Part shown: positions 9,126-18,736 of the stretch, piece by piece | Layout: each line of letters opens with the position of its first letter | Numbering within the stretch: position 1 is the first letter of the stretch | Assembly (NCBI RefSeq): GCF_016593155.1 | Contig: NZ_AP023215.1 | Span: 90,001 to 122,000, forward strand | Source: Candidatus Saccharimonadota bacterium | GTDB lineage: Bacteria > Pseudomonadota > Gammaproteobacteria > Burkholderiales > Burkholderiaceae | Direction of reading: 5' to 3' | DNA length: 32,000 nt | Made by a program: the position numbers and the translations under genes | Notes under the pieces: model-generated | Seen by the model: the letters and a program-made list of their open reading frames with translations, nothing else | Databases searched by the model: none | What the model was told of the DNA's origin: nothing

Positions 9126-10952
9126 ATGTTAAAAAATTTTTATTTCGCTAAATTTATAAAATATTTATTAATATTTATTGGAATAAGTATTATTTTTTTT
9201 TTAAATATATTTTTATTAAGGACAATTAAAATAATTTATATTTTTTTAAAAAATTATTTATTTTTTTTTTTTGTAAAAAAAAATAAAATATTATATCAAA
9301 AAAAAAATGTTTCATTAGAATTTCCTAATAAAACATCTATTAATAAAAAATTACCTATTAATAAAACATCTATTAATAAAAAATTACCTATTAATAAAAC
9401 ATCTATTAATAAAAAATTACCTATTAATAAAACATCTATTAATAAAAAATTACCTATTAATAAAACATCTATTAATAAAAAATTACCTATTAATAAAACA
9501 TCTATTAATAAAAAATTACCTATTAATAAAACATCTATTAATAAAAAATTACCTATTAATAAAACATCTATTAATAAAAAATTACCTATTAATAAAACAT
9601 CTATTAATAAAAAATTACCTATTAATAAAACATCTATTAATAAAAAATTACCTATTAATAAAACATCTATTAATAAAAAATTACCTATTAATAAAACATC
9701 TATTAATAAAAAATTACCTATTAATAAAATTAATTATACTTTACCACCATTATTTTTATTAGATAAAGCCTCTAAAAAAAAAGTTACATCTATTAAAAAT
9801 TTAAAATTTATTGGTAATCTAATTGAAAAAAAACTATCTGATTTTGGTATTCAGGTAAAAGTTGTAATGATTCATTCGGGACCCGTAATTACTTGTTATG
9901 AAATTGAATTAGCTGTTGGTATTAAAGGTAGTCAAATTATTAATTTATCACGTGATTTAGCACGATCATTATCATTGACCTCTCTTAGAGTAATTGAAAT
10001 AATTCCCGGAACAAATCACATGGGTATTGAATTACCAAATCCTAAACGAAAAATAGTGCGTTTAATAGAGATATTTGATTCTGATATTTATAAAAATAGT
10101 ACTTCTAAATTAACTATAGCTCTTGGTAAAAATATTATTGGAAATCCAGTAATAATAAATTTAGAAAAAATGTCCCACATATTAATTTCTGGAACCACTG
10201 GTTCTGGTAAATCAATTGCAATTAACGCTATAATTCTATCAATTTTATATAAATCATATCCAAGCGATGTAAAACTAATTTTAATTGATCCAAAAATGCT
10301 AGAATTATCAATTTATAAAGATATTCCGCATTTATTAACACCTGTTATTACAAATATGAAAAAAGTAAGTCATATACTTAATTGGACAATAAATGAAATG
10401 GAACAAAGATATCAAAAAATGTCAAAATTAGGTGTGAGAAATTTATTTGAATATAATAAAAAAATTTTTAATCTATATAAAAATAATATTCTTAAAAATA
10501 AAAAAAAATTAGAATTAAATTCTACAGAATATTTAAATACTTTACCATCAATTATTATCATAATTGATGAATTAGCAGATTTAATAATGATCGATGGAAA
10601 AAACATAGAAAAATTAATTGTACGTATTTCACAGAAAGCAAGAGCTGCTGGTATTCACTTAATTTTAGCTACTCAAAGGCCTTCAGTAAATATAATAACA
10701 GGTTTAATTAAGGCTAATATTCCAACTCGTATTGCATTTAAAGTTAATAGTAAAATTGATTCGAGAACAATTCTAGATCAAATAGGCGCCGAAAAATTAC
10801 TTGGAAAAGGAGATATGTTATATTTATCTAATTCTATTTCCTTAATTCGTATACATGGTGCGTTTGTCTCTAATCAAGAAGTAGAAAAAGTAATTAAATA
10901 CTTAAAAAAACAAGAAAAACCTAGTTATATAAAAAATCTTTTCTTACAATGA
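9126..10952 (+). CDS. ftsK: DNA translocase FtsK with a reduced N-terminus, a repeat linker, an alpha/beta motor and no gamma domain
   Basis: 608-aa ORF. The motor region starts near YTLPPLFLL...GPVITCYEIEL...NLSRDLARSLS. It has Walker A GTTGSGKS, Walker B IIIIDELADL and ATQRPSV. The protein ends about 25 aa after HGAFVSNQEVEKV. The start is uncertain because the 5' 180 nt is rich in homopolymers. Confidence 0.9.
   Translation: MLKNFYFAKFIKYLLIFIGISIIFFLNIFLLRTIKIIYIFLKNYLFFFFVKKNKILYQKKNVSLEFPNKTSINKKLPINKTSINKKLPINKTSINKKLPINKTSINKKLPINKTSINKKLPINKTSINKKLPINKTSINKKLPINKTSINKKLPINKTSINKKLPINKTSINKKLPINKTSINKKLPINKTSINKKLPINKINYTLPPLFLLDKASKKKVTSIKNLKFIGNLIEKKLSDFGIQVKVVMIHSGPVITCYEIELAVGIKGSQIINLSRDLARSLSLTSLRVIEIIPGTNHMGIELPNPKRKIVRLIEIFDSDIYKNSTSKLTIALGKNIIGNPVIINLEKMSHILISGTTGSGKSIAINAIILSILYKSYPSDVKLILIDPKMLELSIYKDIPHLLTPVITNMKKVSHILNWTINEMEQRYQKMSKLGVRNLFEYNKKIFNLYKNNILKNKKKLELNSTEYLNTLPSIIIIIDELADLIMIDGKNIEKLIVRISQKARAAGIHLILATQRPSVNIITGLIKANIPTRIAFKVNSKIDSRTILDQIGAEKLLGKGDMLYLSNSISLIRIHGAFVSNQEVEKVIKYLKKQEKPSYIKNLFLQ
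9324..9728 (+). repeat. 33-bp in-frame tandem array inside ftsK (about 12.4 copies)
   Basis: The unit is CCTATTAATAAAACATCTATTAATAAAAAATTA. Eleven consecutive identical copies span 9354-9716. A 30-bp variant lacking one ATT codon precedes them (9324-9353) and a 12-bp partial copy follows (9717-9728). The array encodes (PINKTSINKKL)n. Confidence 0.97.
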
Positions 10953-10987
10953 TTTTAATTATATAAATTATTTTTAATAATAAACTC

Positions 10988-12307
10988 ATGGAATTAACTA
11001 TAATATTATTAATAGGATTAATTTTAATTTCTCAATTTATATATTTTTTTTTTAATCAAAAAAATATTTCTAAATTGAATATTAATAATACACTTTTTTT
11101 TTCTAAAAAAATAACTGAAATCTTAATTCAAATTACATATTTAAAAAATTACTCACAATTTAATCAAAAATCTCTTTTAGAAAAAATTAAATATGAATTA
11201 TATAATCAAATACAAAATAGCACACAAAATACTCTAAAAGAATTATATGAAAATTTTTCTCAATTACAAAAAAATTTAATAGCTCATATTAGTAATATAG
11301 CTACTTTACAAAACGATCACATTAATAATTTTTCTAAACAATTGATTAAATTAAATGAAATTAATACTAAATATATAGATAAAATGCATATAAAAATAAA
11401 ATCTAATATTAAGGATTTACAAGCTAATAATAATTATCAAATAAAAGAAATATATAAATTAGTTAATAAAAAATTACATATCACTCTAGAAAAACATTTA
11501 GGAGAATCTTTTAGTGTGATGCTAGATAGATTAGAAAGAGTACATAAAGATCTTGTAAAAATGCAACAATTAGCAGTTGGTGTGGGTGATTTAAAAAGAA
11601 TATTAACAAATATAAAAAGTCGAGGCACTTGGGGAGAAATTCAATTAGAAATATTATTAGAACAAGTATTAACAAAAGAACAATATTCTAAAAATGTAGA
11701 AATAATACCAGGAACTGGTAATCGAGTTGAATTTGCAATTAAATTACCCGGATTAAAAGATGATAAACCCGTTTGGATTCCAATTGATGCTAAATTTCCT
11801 AAAGAACAATATGAGCGTTTAATAGATTCTATAGAACGATCTGATTTTAATGGTATTGTTATAGCTGAAAAGGAGTTGGAACGCTATATACGTTTATCAG
11901 CAAAAAATATTTCAAAAAAATACTTATCACCACCATTAACAACAGATTTTGCTATTTTATTTTTACCAACAGAAGGGTTATACTCCGAAGTAACTCGACG
12001 CCCCGGGTTAATGGATGATCTACAAAGAATATTTCGTATAAATATAGCCGGTCCTTCTACTTTATTTGCATTATTAAATAGTTTACAAATAGGTTTTCGT
12101 ACATTAGCTTTAGAAAAACATTCATCTGAAATATGGAAAATTTTAGGATTAATTAAAACTGAATTTAATAAATTTAGTGAAATTTTATCTGCAACTAAAA
12201 TTACTTTAGAAAAAGCAACAAAAAATATTGAAAAAGTGGAAACTAGAAGTAGACAAATGAAGAGAAAACTAAAATTAGCTGAAGATTTACCTATAAAAAA
12301 TAAATAA
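10988..12307 (+). CDS. rmuC: DNA recombination protein RmuC
   Basis: 439-aa ORF with an N-terminal hydrophobic helix and a long coiled-coil-like region. This is followed by the conserved RmuC core (RGTWGEIQLEILLEQ...IPIDAKFP...FAILFLPTEGLY...AGPSTLFALL). Confidence 0.85.
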   Translation: MELTIILLIGLILISQFIYFFFNQKNISKLNINNTLFFSKKITEILIQITYLKNYSQFNQKSLLEKIKYELYNQIQNSTQNTLKELYENFSQLQKNLIAHISNIATLQNDHINNFSKQLIKLNEINTKYIDKMHIKIKSNIKDLQANNNYQIKEIYKLVNKKLHITLEKHLGESFSVMLDRLERVHKDLVKMQQLAVGVGDLKRILTNIKSRGTWGEIQLEILLEQVLTKEQYSKNVEIIPGTGNRVEFAIKLPGLKDDKPVWIPIDAKFPKEQYERLIDSIERSDFNGIVIAEKELERYIRLSAKNISKKYLSPPLTTDFAILFLPTEGLYSEVTRRPGLMDDLQRIFRINIAGPSTLFALLNSLQIGFRTLALEKHSSEIWKILGLIKTEFNKFSEILSATKITLEKATKNIEKVETRSRQMKRKLKLAEDLPIKNK

Positions 12308-12537
12308 AATTTATATAATAAAAACTAAATATATATTTAAAAAAACAATATTAGTTATCTTAAAAAAAAATTTTTATTTAATATTTTAAGTATCTAGGAT
12401 TAAAATTAATTTTATTTATGTAATTAAATTTATTATTTCTAAAATTTGTATATAAATTACTATTTTAGTATACTGTATTACTTTCTATAAAAATTGTGTT
12501 TTAAAAAATAACTTTTAATTTATAATATTTATTCAAA

Positions 12538-13014
12538 ATGAACTCAATCCCATTAACAAAACACGGCGCTAATCTTTTAAAAAAAGAATTGAATTACTTA
12601 AAAAAAAGTGAACGTCCATCTGTTATTTCTCAAATTTCAGAAGCACGGGCACATGGTGATTTATCTGAGAATACCGAGTATAGCGCAGCTAAAGAACGTC
12701 AAAGTTTTATTGAAGGTCGTATTGCTGATATCGAAAATAAACTTAATAATGCACTTATTATTGATCCATTAAATTTAGATGCCGAGGGTCGAGTTGTTTT
12801 TGCTTCAACTGTTGATTTAGAAAATTTAGAAACAAATGAAAAAGTAACTTATCAAATAGTTGGTGTAGATGAAGCTAATATTAAAGAATCAAAAATATCT
12901 ATAACCTCTCCAATAGCACGAGCATTAATAGGAAAAATAAGTGGTGATATAATTTTTTTCAAATCTCCATTAGGATTACAGGAATATAAAATTATTAAAG
13001 TTAGTTATATATAA
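12538..13014 (+). CDS. greA: Transcription elongation factor GreA
   Basis: 158-aa ORF with the N-terminal coiled-coil signature (AHGDLSENTEYSAAKERQ) and the C-terminal globular domain (ISITSPIARALIGK). Confidence 0.95.
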   Translation: MNSIPLTKHGANLLKKELNYLKKSERPSVISQISEARAHGDLSENTEYSAAKERQSFIEGRIADIENKLNNALIIDPLNLDAEGRVVFASTVDLENLETNEKVTYQIVGVDEANIKESKISITSPIARALIGKISGDIIFFKSPLGLQEYKIIKVSYI

Positions 13015-13156
13015 AATTTCATAATTTCATAAAATAATTTAATAAACAACATATTAAAATTAAGTATTTATTCAAAAGTATTAATTTAAAAATAAATTTT
13101 ATAATTTATTTTAATAAAAACTTTTTATATAAAAGGATATTTTATGATATATAATA

Positions 13157-13801
13157 ATGAAAAATAAATTAGATAAAAAATGGGTACATAACCATGTTAA
13201 TAATTTCTATGTAAAATTAGCAAAAAAAGAAGGATATAGAGCTCGTTCTATATATAAATTACAAGAAATTGATGCTAAAGAAAAACTAATTCAACCCGGA
13301 CAAATTATTGTTGATTTAGGTAGCTCACCAGGGAGTTGGTCGCAATATATAAGACAAAAATTATCTTATAATAACAAAAATATTAATGGTACTATTATTG
13401 CATTAGATATATTAAAAATGAAACCAATTCCTAATGTAAATTTTATTCTAGGTGATTTTCGTAATAAATGCACAATAAATAATTTAAAAAAAATATTAAA
13501 TGGACGTAAATTAGATCTTATTTTATCTGACATATCTCCTAATTTATCTGGTATTTCTGTTATTGATTCCGCTAATATTAAATGTATTATTAATGTAATT
13601 TTAGAATTTACTAAGGAATACATTAAACCATCTGGTTCTATATTATTAAAATGTTTTTACGGAAATAATTATAAAGAAATATTTCATAAATTTTATTGTA
13701 TCTTTAAATCTGTTTCTTTAAAAAAACCCAAAGCAAGCCATAAAAATTCATCTGAAATATTTTTATTAGGAAAAAAATTAAAAAATAAACAATTAAATTA
13801 A
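13157..13801 (+). CDS. rlmE: 23S rRNA (U2552-2'-O)-methyltransferase RlmE/FtsJ
   Basis: 214-aa ORF with GYRARSIYKLQEID, the SAM-binding DLGSSPGSWSQ motif and DISPNLSG. It lies directly upstream of ftsH, as in the conserved rlmE-ftsH operon. Confidence 0.93.
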   Translation: MKNKLDKKWVHNHVNNFYVKLAKKEGYRARSIYKLQEIDAKEKLIQPGQIIVDLGSSPGSWSQYIRQKLSYNNKNINGTIIALDILKMKPIPNVNFILGDFRNKCTINNLKKILNGRKLDLILSDISPNLSGISVIDSANIKCIINVILEFTKEYIKPSGSILLKCFYGNNYKEIFHKFYCIFKSVSLKKPKASHKNSSEIFLLGKKLKNKQLN

Positions 13802-13878
13802 TTTTTAATAAATTTATAATTTAAATATAATTTACTTATTATTGCGCTTGAAAGCGAATAAGTTCTAAGGAAATACTA

Positions 13879-15699
13879 GTGAAAAATATATTTTCAAAGG
13901 CTATTATATGGACTATAATGGCACTAATGTTATTTATTATATTTAAACAATTTGATAATAGAGACATGGCTAAAAAAGTAACTCCGATTGCTTATTCAGA
14001 TTTTATATTAGATGTTAAATTGGGGCGTATAAAAAATGTAATAATTGAAGATAAAAATATTTTTGCAACCACAAAAAATGGTAAAAAAATTAAAACTGTA
14101 ACAACTTATTTAGACAGAGGATTAATCGGAGATCTTCTAATTCATAATGTAAAATTTGATATTAAACAAATAGAAAATCAATCTTCTTTTATTTCACAAG
14201 TATTTATTTCATGGTTTCCAATGTTATTGTTAATTGGTATTTGGGTTTTTTTTATGCGTCAAATTCAAGGAGGAGGTAAGGGCATTGCTTTTTCTTTTGG
14301 AAAATCAAAAGCACGTATGTTAAAAAAAAACTCTAACACAATTACTTTTTCTGATGTAGCGGGTTGTGATGAGGCTAAAGCAGAGGTTTATGAAATCGTT
14401 GATTTTTTACGCGATCCAGATAAGTTTCAAAAATTAGGAGGAAAAATTCCCAAGGGAGTTTTAATGATTGGCCCTCCTGGTACTGGTAAAACTTTATTGG
14501 CTCGCGCGATCGCTGGTGAAGCTAAAGTACCATTTTTTACTATATCAGGCTCAGATTTTGTTGAAATGTTTGTTGGTGTTGGTGCATCTCGTGTGCGAGA
14601 TATGTTTAAAAATGCTAAAAAAAATGCGCCTTGTATTATTTTTATTGATGAAATTGATGCGGTAGGTCGTCATAGAGGAATTGGCATGGGTGGCGCAAAT
14701 GATGAGCGCGAACAAACATTAAATCAAATGTTAGTTGAAATGGATGGTTTTGAAGTAAATTCTGGGGTGATAGTTATTGCGGCAACTAATCGAGTAGATG
14801 TACTCGATAAAGCTTTATTAAGACCCGGACGTTTAGATAGACAAGTTATAGTTGGTTTGCCTGATATTCGAGGGCGTGAACAAATTTTATATGTTCATAT
14901 TAAAAAAATACCTATAGCAAATGATGTTAAGATTAATATCTTAGCACGTGGTACACCCGGTTTTTCTGGTGCTGATTTAGCTAATTTAATTAATGAAGCA
15001 GTTTTATTTGCTGCTCGTAATAATAAACATTTAGTTGAAATGTCGGATTTTGAAAATGCTAAAGATAAAATTATTATGGGACCAGAACGTAAATCTACTA
15101 TAATGCGAGAAGAAGAACGGCGTAATACCGCATATCATGAATCCGGTCATGCGATAGTAGCTAAACTTTTACCAAAATCTGATCCAGTATATAAAGTCAC
15201 TATTATGCCACGTGGACTTGCTTTAGGGTTAACATGGCAATTACCAAAATATGATCGAGTTAATATGTATAAGGATAAAATACTAGAAGATATTGCTATT
15301 TTATTTGGGGGACGAATTTCAGAAGAAATTTTCATGAATCAAATATCAACTGGAGCATGCAATGATTTTGAGCGTGCTACAAAATTAGCTCGTTTAATGG
15401 TAACCCGTTATGGAATGTCAGAAAATTTAGGTGCAATGGTATATGAAGATTCTGAAAAGGACGCTTACTTTGGTAAAATATCTTCTAAAACAATTTCTGA
15501 AGCCACACAACAAAAAGTTGATACTGAAATTCGCAATATTTTAGATACTCAATATAAATTATCTAAAAAATTATTAGAAAATAATCGTGATAAAGTAGAT
15601 TTAATGGCAAAAACATTATTAGAATTAGAAACAATTGACGCTGATCAAATTAATGATATTATGTTAGGAAATAACCCTAAATTATCAAAAAAATTATAA
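13879..15699 (+). CDS. ftsH: ATP-dependent zinc metalloprotease FtsH
   Basis: 606-aa ORF with a GTG start 7 nt after AAGGA. It has two N-terminal TM segments, Walker A GPPGTGKT, Walker [10 protein letters not shown], the SRH region and the zinc motif HESGHA. Confidence 0.97.
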   Translation: MKNIFSKAIIWTIMALMLFIIFKQFDNRDMAKKVTPIAYSDFILDVKLGRIKNVIIEDKNIFATTKNGKKIKTVTTYLDRGLIGDLLIHNVKFDIKQIENQSSFISQVFISWFPMLLLIGIWVFFMRQIQGGGKGIAFSFGKSKARMLKKNSNTITFSDVAGCDEAKAEVYEIVDFLRDPDKFQKLGGKIPKGVLMIGPPGTGKTLLARAIAGEAKVPFFTISGSDFVEMFVGVGASRVRDMFKNAKKNAPCIIFIDEIDAVGRHRGIGMGGANDEREQTLNQMLVEMDGFEVNSGVIVIAATNRVDVLDKALLRPGRLDRQVIVGLPDIRGREQILYVHIKKIPIANDVKINILARGTPGFSGADLANLINEAVLFAARNNKHLVEMSDFENAKDKIIMGPERKSTIMREEERRNTAYHESGHAIVAKLLPKSDPVYKVTIMPRGLALGLTWQLPKYDRVNMYKDKILEDIAILFGGRISEEIFMNQISTGACNDFERATKLARLMVTRYGMSENLGAMVYEDSEKDAYFGKISSKTISEATQQKVDTEIRNILDTQYKLSKKLLENNRDKVDLMAKTLLELETIDADQINDIMLGNNPKLSKKL

Positions 15700-15749
15700 A
15701 TAAAAATTTATTCAACATTATATTTTAATTACACATTTATAAAAAATAT

Positions 15750-17498
15750 ATGCTTTTAGAAGAAAAAAAACGTATTATTAAATTATTTGATTTTGCATTA
15801 AAACCATTATTAATAAAAACCAATATAATTCCAACTATAACCCTACAGTATCCCCGTTATTCCTCGCATGGTGATATTTCTTGTAATATTGCTATGCAAA
15901 TTTCTACAAAATTAAAAATAGATTCTTATAAATTAGCTAAAATAATAGTTAAAAATTTAATTCAACAAAAAAACTATATTAAACTTATACAATCTATCGA
16001 AATTATAAAACCGGGTTTTATTAATTTAAAAATTTCTGCTTCCATTAAACAAAAAACAATAAAATATATATTATCTTCTGGTGTTAAATTTGGTCAAAGT
16101 AATATAGGTTCTAATAAAAAAATATTAATTGAATTTGTTTCAGCTAACCCGACTGGTCCTCTCCATATTGGACATGGGCGACAGTGCGCAATAGGCGATA
16201 TATTATCATCTCTATTTATATCTCAAGGATATAAAGTTACACGCGAATTTTATTATAATGATACCGGAGTTCAAATTACTAATTTAGCTCTTTCTGTTCA
16301 AGTACGCGCTAAAGCAATTTTTTTAGGAAAATCAACATGGCCTGATACCATTTATAATGGAGAATATATTACTGATATTGCAAAATGTTTTCTTGCAAAA
16401 GAAAAAATTATATCTATAGATGGATCTGTAAATATAATAGCTAACGGAAAAATTAATGATCTAAAATCTATTAGTGATTTCTCGGTAGCTTATTTACGTC
16501 GTGAACAAGATATAGATCTTAAAATATTTGGTGTAAAATTTGATAATTATTGCCTTGAATCATCTTTATATAAAAAAGGTAAGGTTTCTTTAGTTACTAA
16601 ATTATTAATAAAATCCGGAAAAACATATTATAAAGATGGCGCACTATGGTTACGAACTACTGATTATGGAGACGATAAAGATAGAGTAATTCGTAAATCA
16701 AATGGTGATTTTACATATTTTGTATCAGATATAGCTTATCATATTTTTAAATGGAAAAGGGGGTTTATTCGAGCAATTAATATACAAGGTTATGATCATC
16801 AAGGAACTATCACTCGTGTTAAAGCTGGTTTACAGGCTATAAATATAGGTATACCAAATGACTACCCAAATTATATACTTCATAAAATGGTTACTGTTAT
16901 AAAAAATGGTAAGGAAGTTAAAATTTCTAAACGTTCAGGTTCTTATATTACAATAAGAAATTTAATTCAATGGTTAAGTCAAACTGAATCAAACAATAAT
17001 TCTATTGAATTTACAAAAAATTTAATACGTGGAAGAGATTTAATGCGTTTTTTTCTTATTTATAGAAAATCTGATACTGATTTTCTTTTTGATATTGATT
17101 TGGCATTAAAAAAATCAGATGAAAATCCCGTATATTACATACAATACGCGCATGCTCGTATTTTTTCTTTATTAAATCAATGGGGTGGAGATAAAAAATC
17201 TTTAATTTCTATTCAAGATTTATCGTCTTTAAATACTGAAAAAGAATTATCTTTATTAATTAAACTTTCAAATTATCCTAAAGTATTAGTAAACTCTATA
17301 AAAGATCTTTGTCCTCATTATGTTGCATTTTACTTGCGTGATTTAGCAAAAGAATTACATAGTTATTATAATTCAGAACGCATTCTTGTGAAAAATATAA
17401 CTATCAAAATGGCGCGATTGGCATTAATTTATGCTACAGGTCAAGTATTAAATAATGGATTAAAATTAATAGGCATTTCTGCGCCAAATAAAATGTAA
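15750..17498 (+). CDS. argS: Arginine--tRNA ligase
   Basis: 582-aa ORF with the class I HIGH motif (PTGPLHIGHGR), a KMSKS-like KISKRSG motif and the conserved YIQYAHARI segment. Confidence 0.95.
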   Translation: MLLEEKKRIIKLFDFALKPLLIKTNIIPTITLQYPRYSSHGDISCNIAMQISTKLKIDSYKLAKIIVKNLIQQKNYIKLIQSIEIIKPGFINLKISASIKQKTIKYILSSGVKFGQSNIGSNKKILIEFVSANPTGPLHIGHGRQCAIGDILSSLFISQGYKVTREFYYNDTGVQITNLALSVQVRAKAIFLGKSTWPDTIYNGEYITDIAKCFLAKEKIISIDGSVNIIANGKINDLKSISDFSVAYLRREQDIDLKIFGVKFDNYCLESSLYKKGKVSLVTKLLIKSGKTYYKDGALWLRTTDYGDDKDRVIRKSNGDFTYFVSDIAYHIFKWKRGFIRAINIQGYDHQGTITRVKAGLQAINIGIPNDYPNYILHKMVTVIKNGKEVKISKRSGSYITIRNLIQWLSQTESNNNSIEFTKNLIRGRDLMRFFLIYRKSDTDFLFDIDLALKKSDENPVYYIQYAHARIFSLLNQWGGDKKSLISIQDLSSLNTEKELSLLIKLSNYPKVLVNSIKDLCPHYVAFYLRDLAKELHSYYNSERILVKNITIKMARLALIYATGQVLNNGLKLIGISAPNKM

Positions 17499-17515
17499 TT
17501 AAGGATTATATAAAA

Positions 17516-18499
17516 TCAACTAGAAACAAAAAATTCAATATCCTTTATAAAACCATTAATAAATTCTATTGCAGATATTTTTTTTTTATTAACTTTTTGT
17601 AATTCAAGTAATTTTATAACATTTTTTCCACAAGCTACTAATATACCATTATGAAAATTAACACTTAATATTGTCCCAGGTTTTTCAGTAGATTTTATTG
17701 ATAAAGCATGTGCCTTCCAAATTTTCAAAATATTTTTTTTTTTATTTTTATAGCTAATATAATGTGTTATTGCACCTGGAAATGGATTAAAAGCATTAAT
17801 TTTTCTCATAAGAGTTTTAGCTGATAAAGACCAGTCTAATACTGCTTCATTTTTTTTTATTAAAGGCGCATAATTCGCTCCAATATTAGATTGAGGTTTT
17901 AAAAATAATCTAGTCATATCATGTTCTATTTTTTGAATAGTATTAATGATCAATATTTTACTTAATTTTTCTAATTTATTTTGTAATGTCAAGGAAGTAT
18001 CTTCTGGTAAAATTTTTATAGAATCTTGAGATATAATAGGTCCAGTATCAATTCCAGAATCCATTTTTATAATCGTAACTCCAGTTGATATATCTCCTGC
18101 TTCAATAGCTCTAGGAACTGGTGCCGGTCCTCTCCATCTGGGTAACAAAGAATAATGAATATTTATACAACCATAATATGGAATTTTTAATATACTATAT
18201 GGTAATATTAATCCATACGCAACTACAATCATAATATCAAATTTTATTTTATTTAATAAATTATGCACTTCATTAGCCATGTTATGATATTTTCCGTTCA
18301 ATTTCAGAGATATAGGTTGTATTATTTTTATAGAATGTTTTAAGGCATATTTTTTTACAGGCGAAAAATTTAATTTCATCCCCCTCCCAGATGGGAGATC
18401 TGGTTTTGTAAGCGTCAAAATAATATCATGCCCTGAATTATAAAGTGTATCTAATATAGCTACAGCAGATATTGAAGTTCCTGCAAAAATAATTTTCAT
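17516..18499 (-). CDS. fmt: Methionyl-tRNA formyltransferase
   Basis: 327-aa ORF with the N-terminal MKIIFAGT motif and the active-site region NIHYSLLPRWRGPAP. It has the length typical of the two-domain protein. No def gene is adjacent. Confidence 0.93.
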   Translation of the reverse strand: MKIIFAGTSISAVAILDTLYNSGHDIILTLTKPDLPSGRGMKLNFSPVKKYALKHSIKIIQPISLKLNGKYHNMANEVHNLLNKIKFDIMIVVAYGLILPYSILKIPYYGCINIHYSLLPRWRGPAPVPRAIEAGDISTGVTIIKMDSGIDTGPIISQDSIKILPEDTSLTLQNKLEKLSKILIINTIQKIEHDMTRLFLKPQSNIGANYAPLIKKNEAVLDWSLSAKTLMRKINAFNPFPGAITHYISYKNKKKNILKIWKAHALSIKSTEKPGTILSVNFHNGILVACGKNVIKLLELQKVNKKKISAIEFINGFIKDIEFFVSS

Positions 18500-18736
18500 T
18501 TTAAAAAATTAAAAAATAGTAAAAAATACTTTATACTGAATTAAATTTATATTCTTAAAATAAATTTAATATTTTAATTATTTTTTTGAATTTTAAAGTA
18601 ATAAATTATATTATAACAATTATTGCTTTTTTTATGTATTTATACTTTATAAGATAATTTTATTAAAATTAAAAATATTTTATAAAATTAAATATTTAAA
18701 ATGTTTACATTATTATAGAGAATAAAGGAAAATTTT

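Noticed and set aside
9324-9728. The regular 33-bp periodicity looked at first like a CRISPR array.
   Set aside because: There are no unique spacers, because the units abut directly and are identical. The array is in frame inside ftsK, and no cas genes or leader are present. It is a coding minisatellite.
10950-10952. Possible reassigned TGA (code 4), as in some tiny symbiont genomes.
   Set aside because: Trp is encoded by TGG throughout. TGA terminates ftsK, fmt, nuoE and nuoG at positions consistent with homologue lengths. No conserved gene needs read-through.
13839-13861. A hairpin TTATT-g-CGC-TTGAAA-GCG-AATAA between rlmE and ftsH, considered as an internal terminator.
   Set aside because: The stem is only 5+3 bp with a bulge, and no U-run follows. 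rlmE-ftsH is a conserved co-transcribed pair. At most this is a processing or attenuation stem, which I cannot support from sequence alone.
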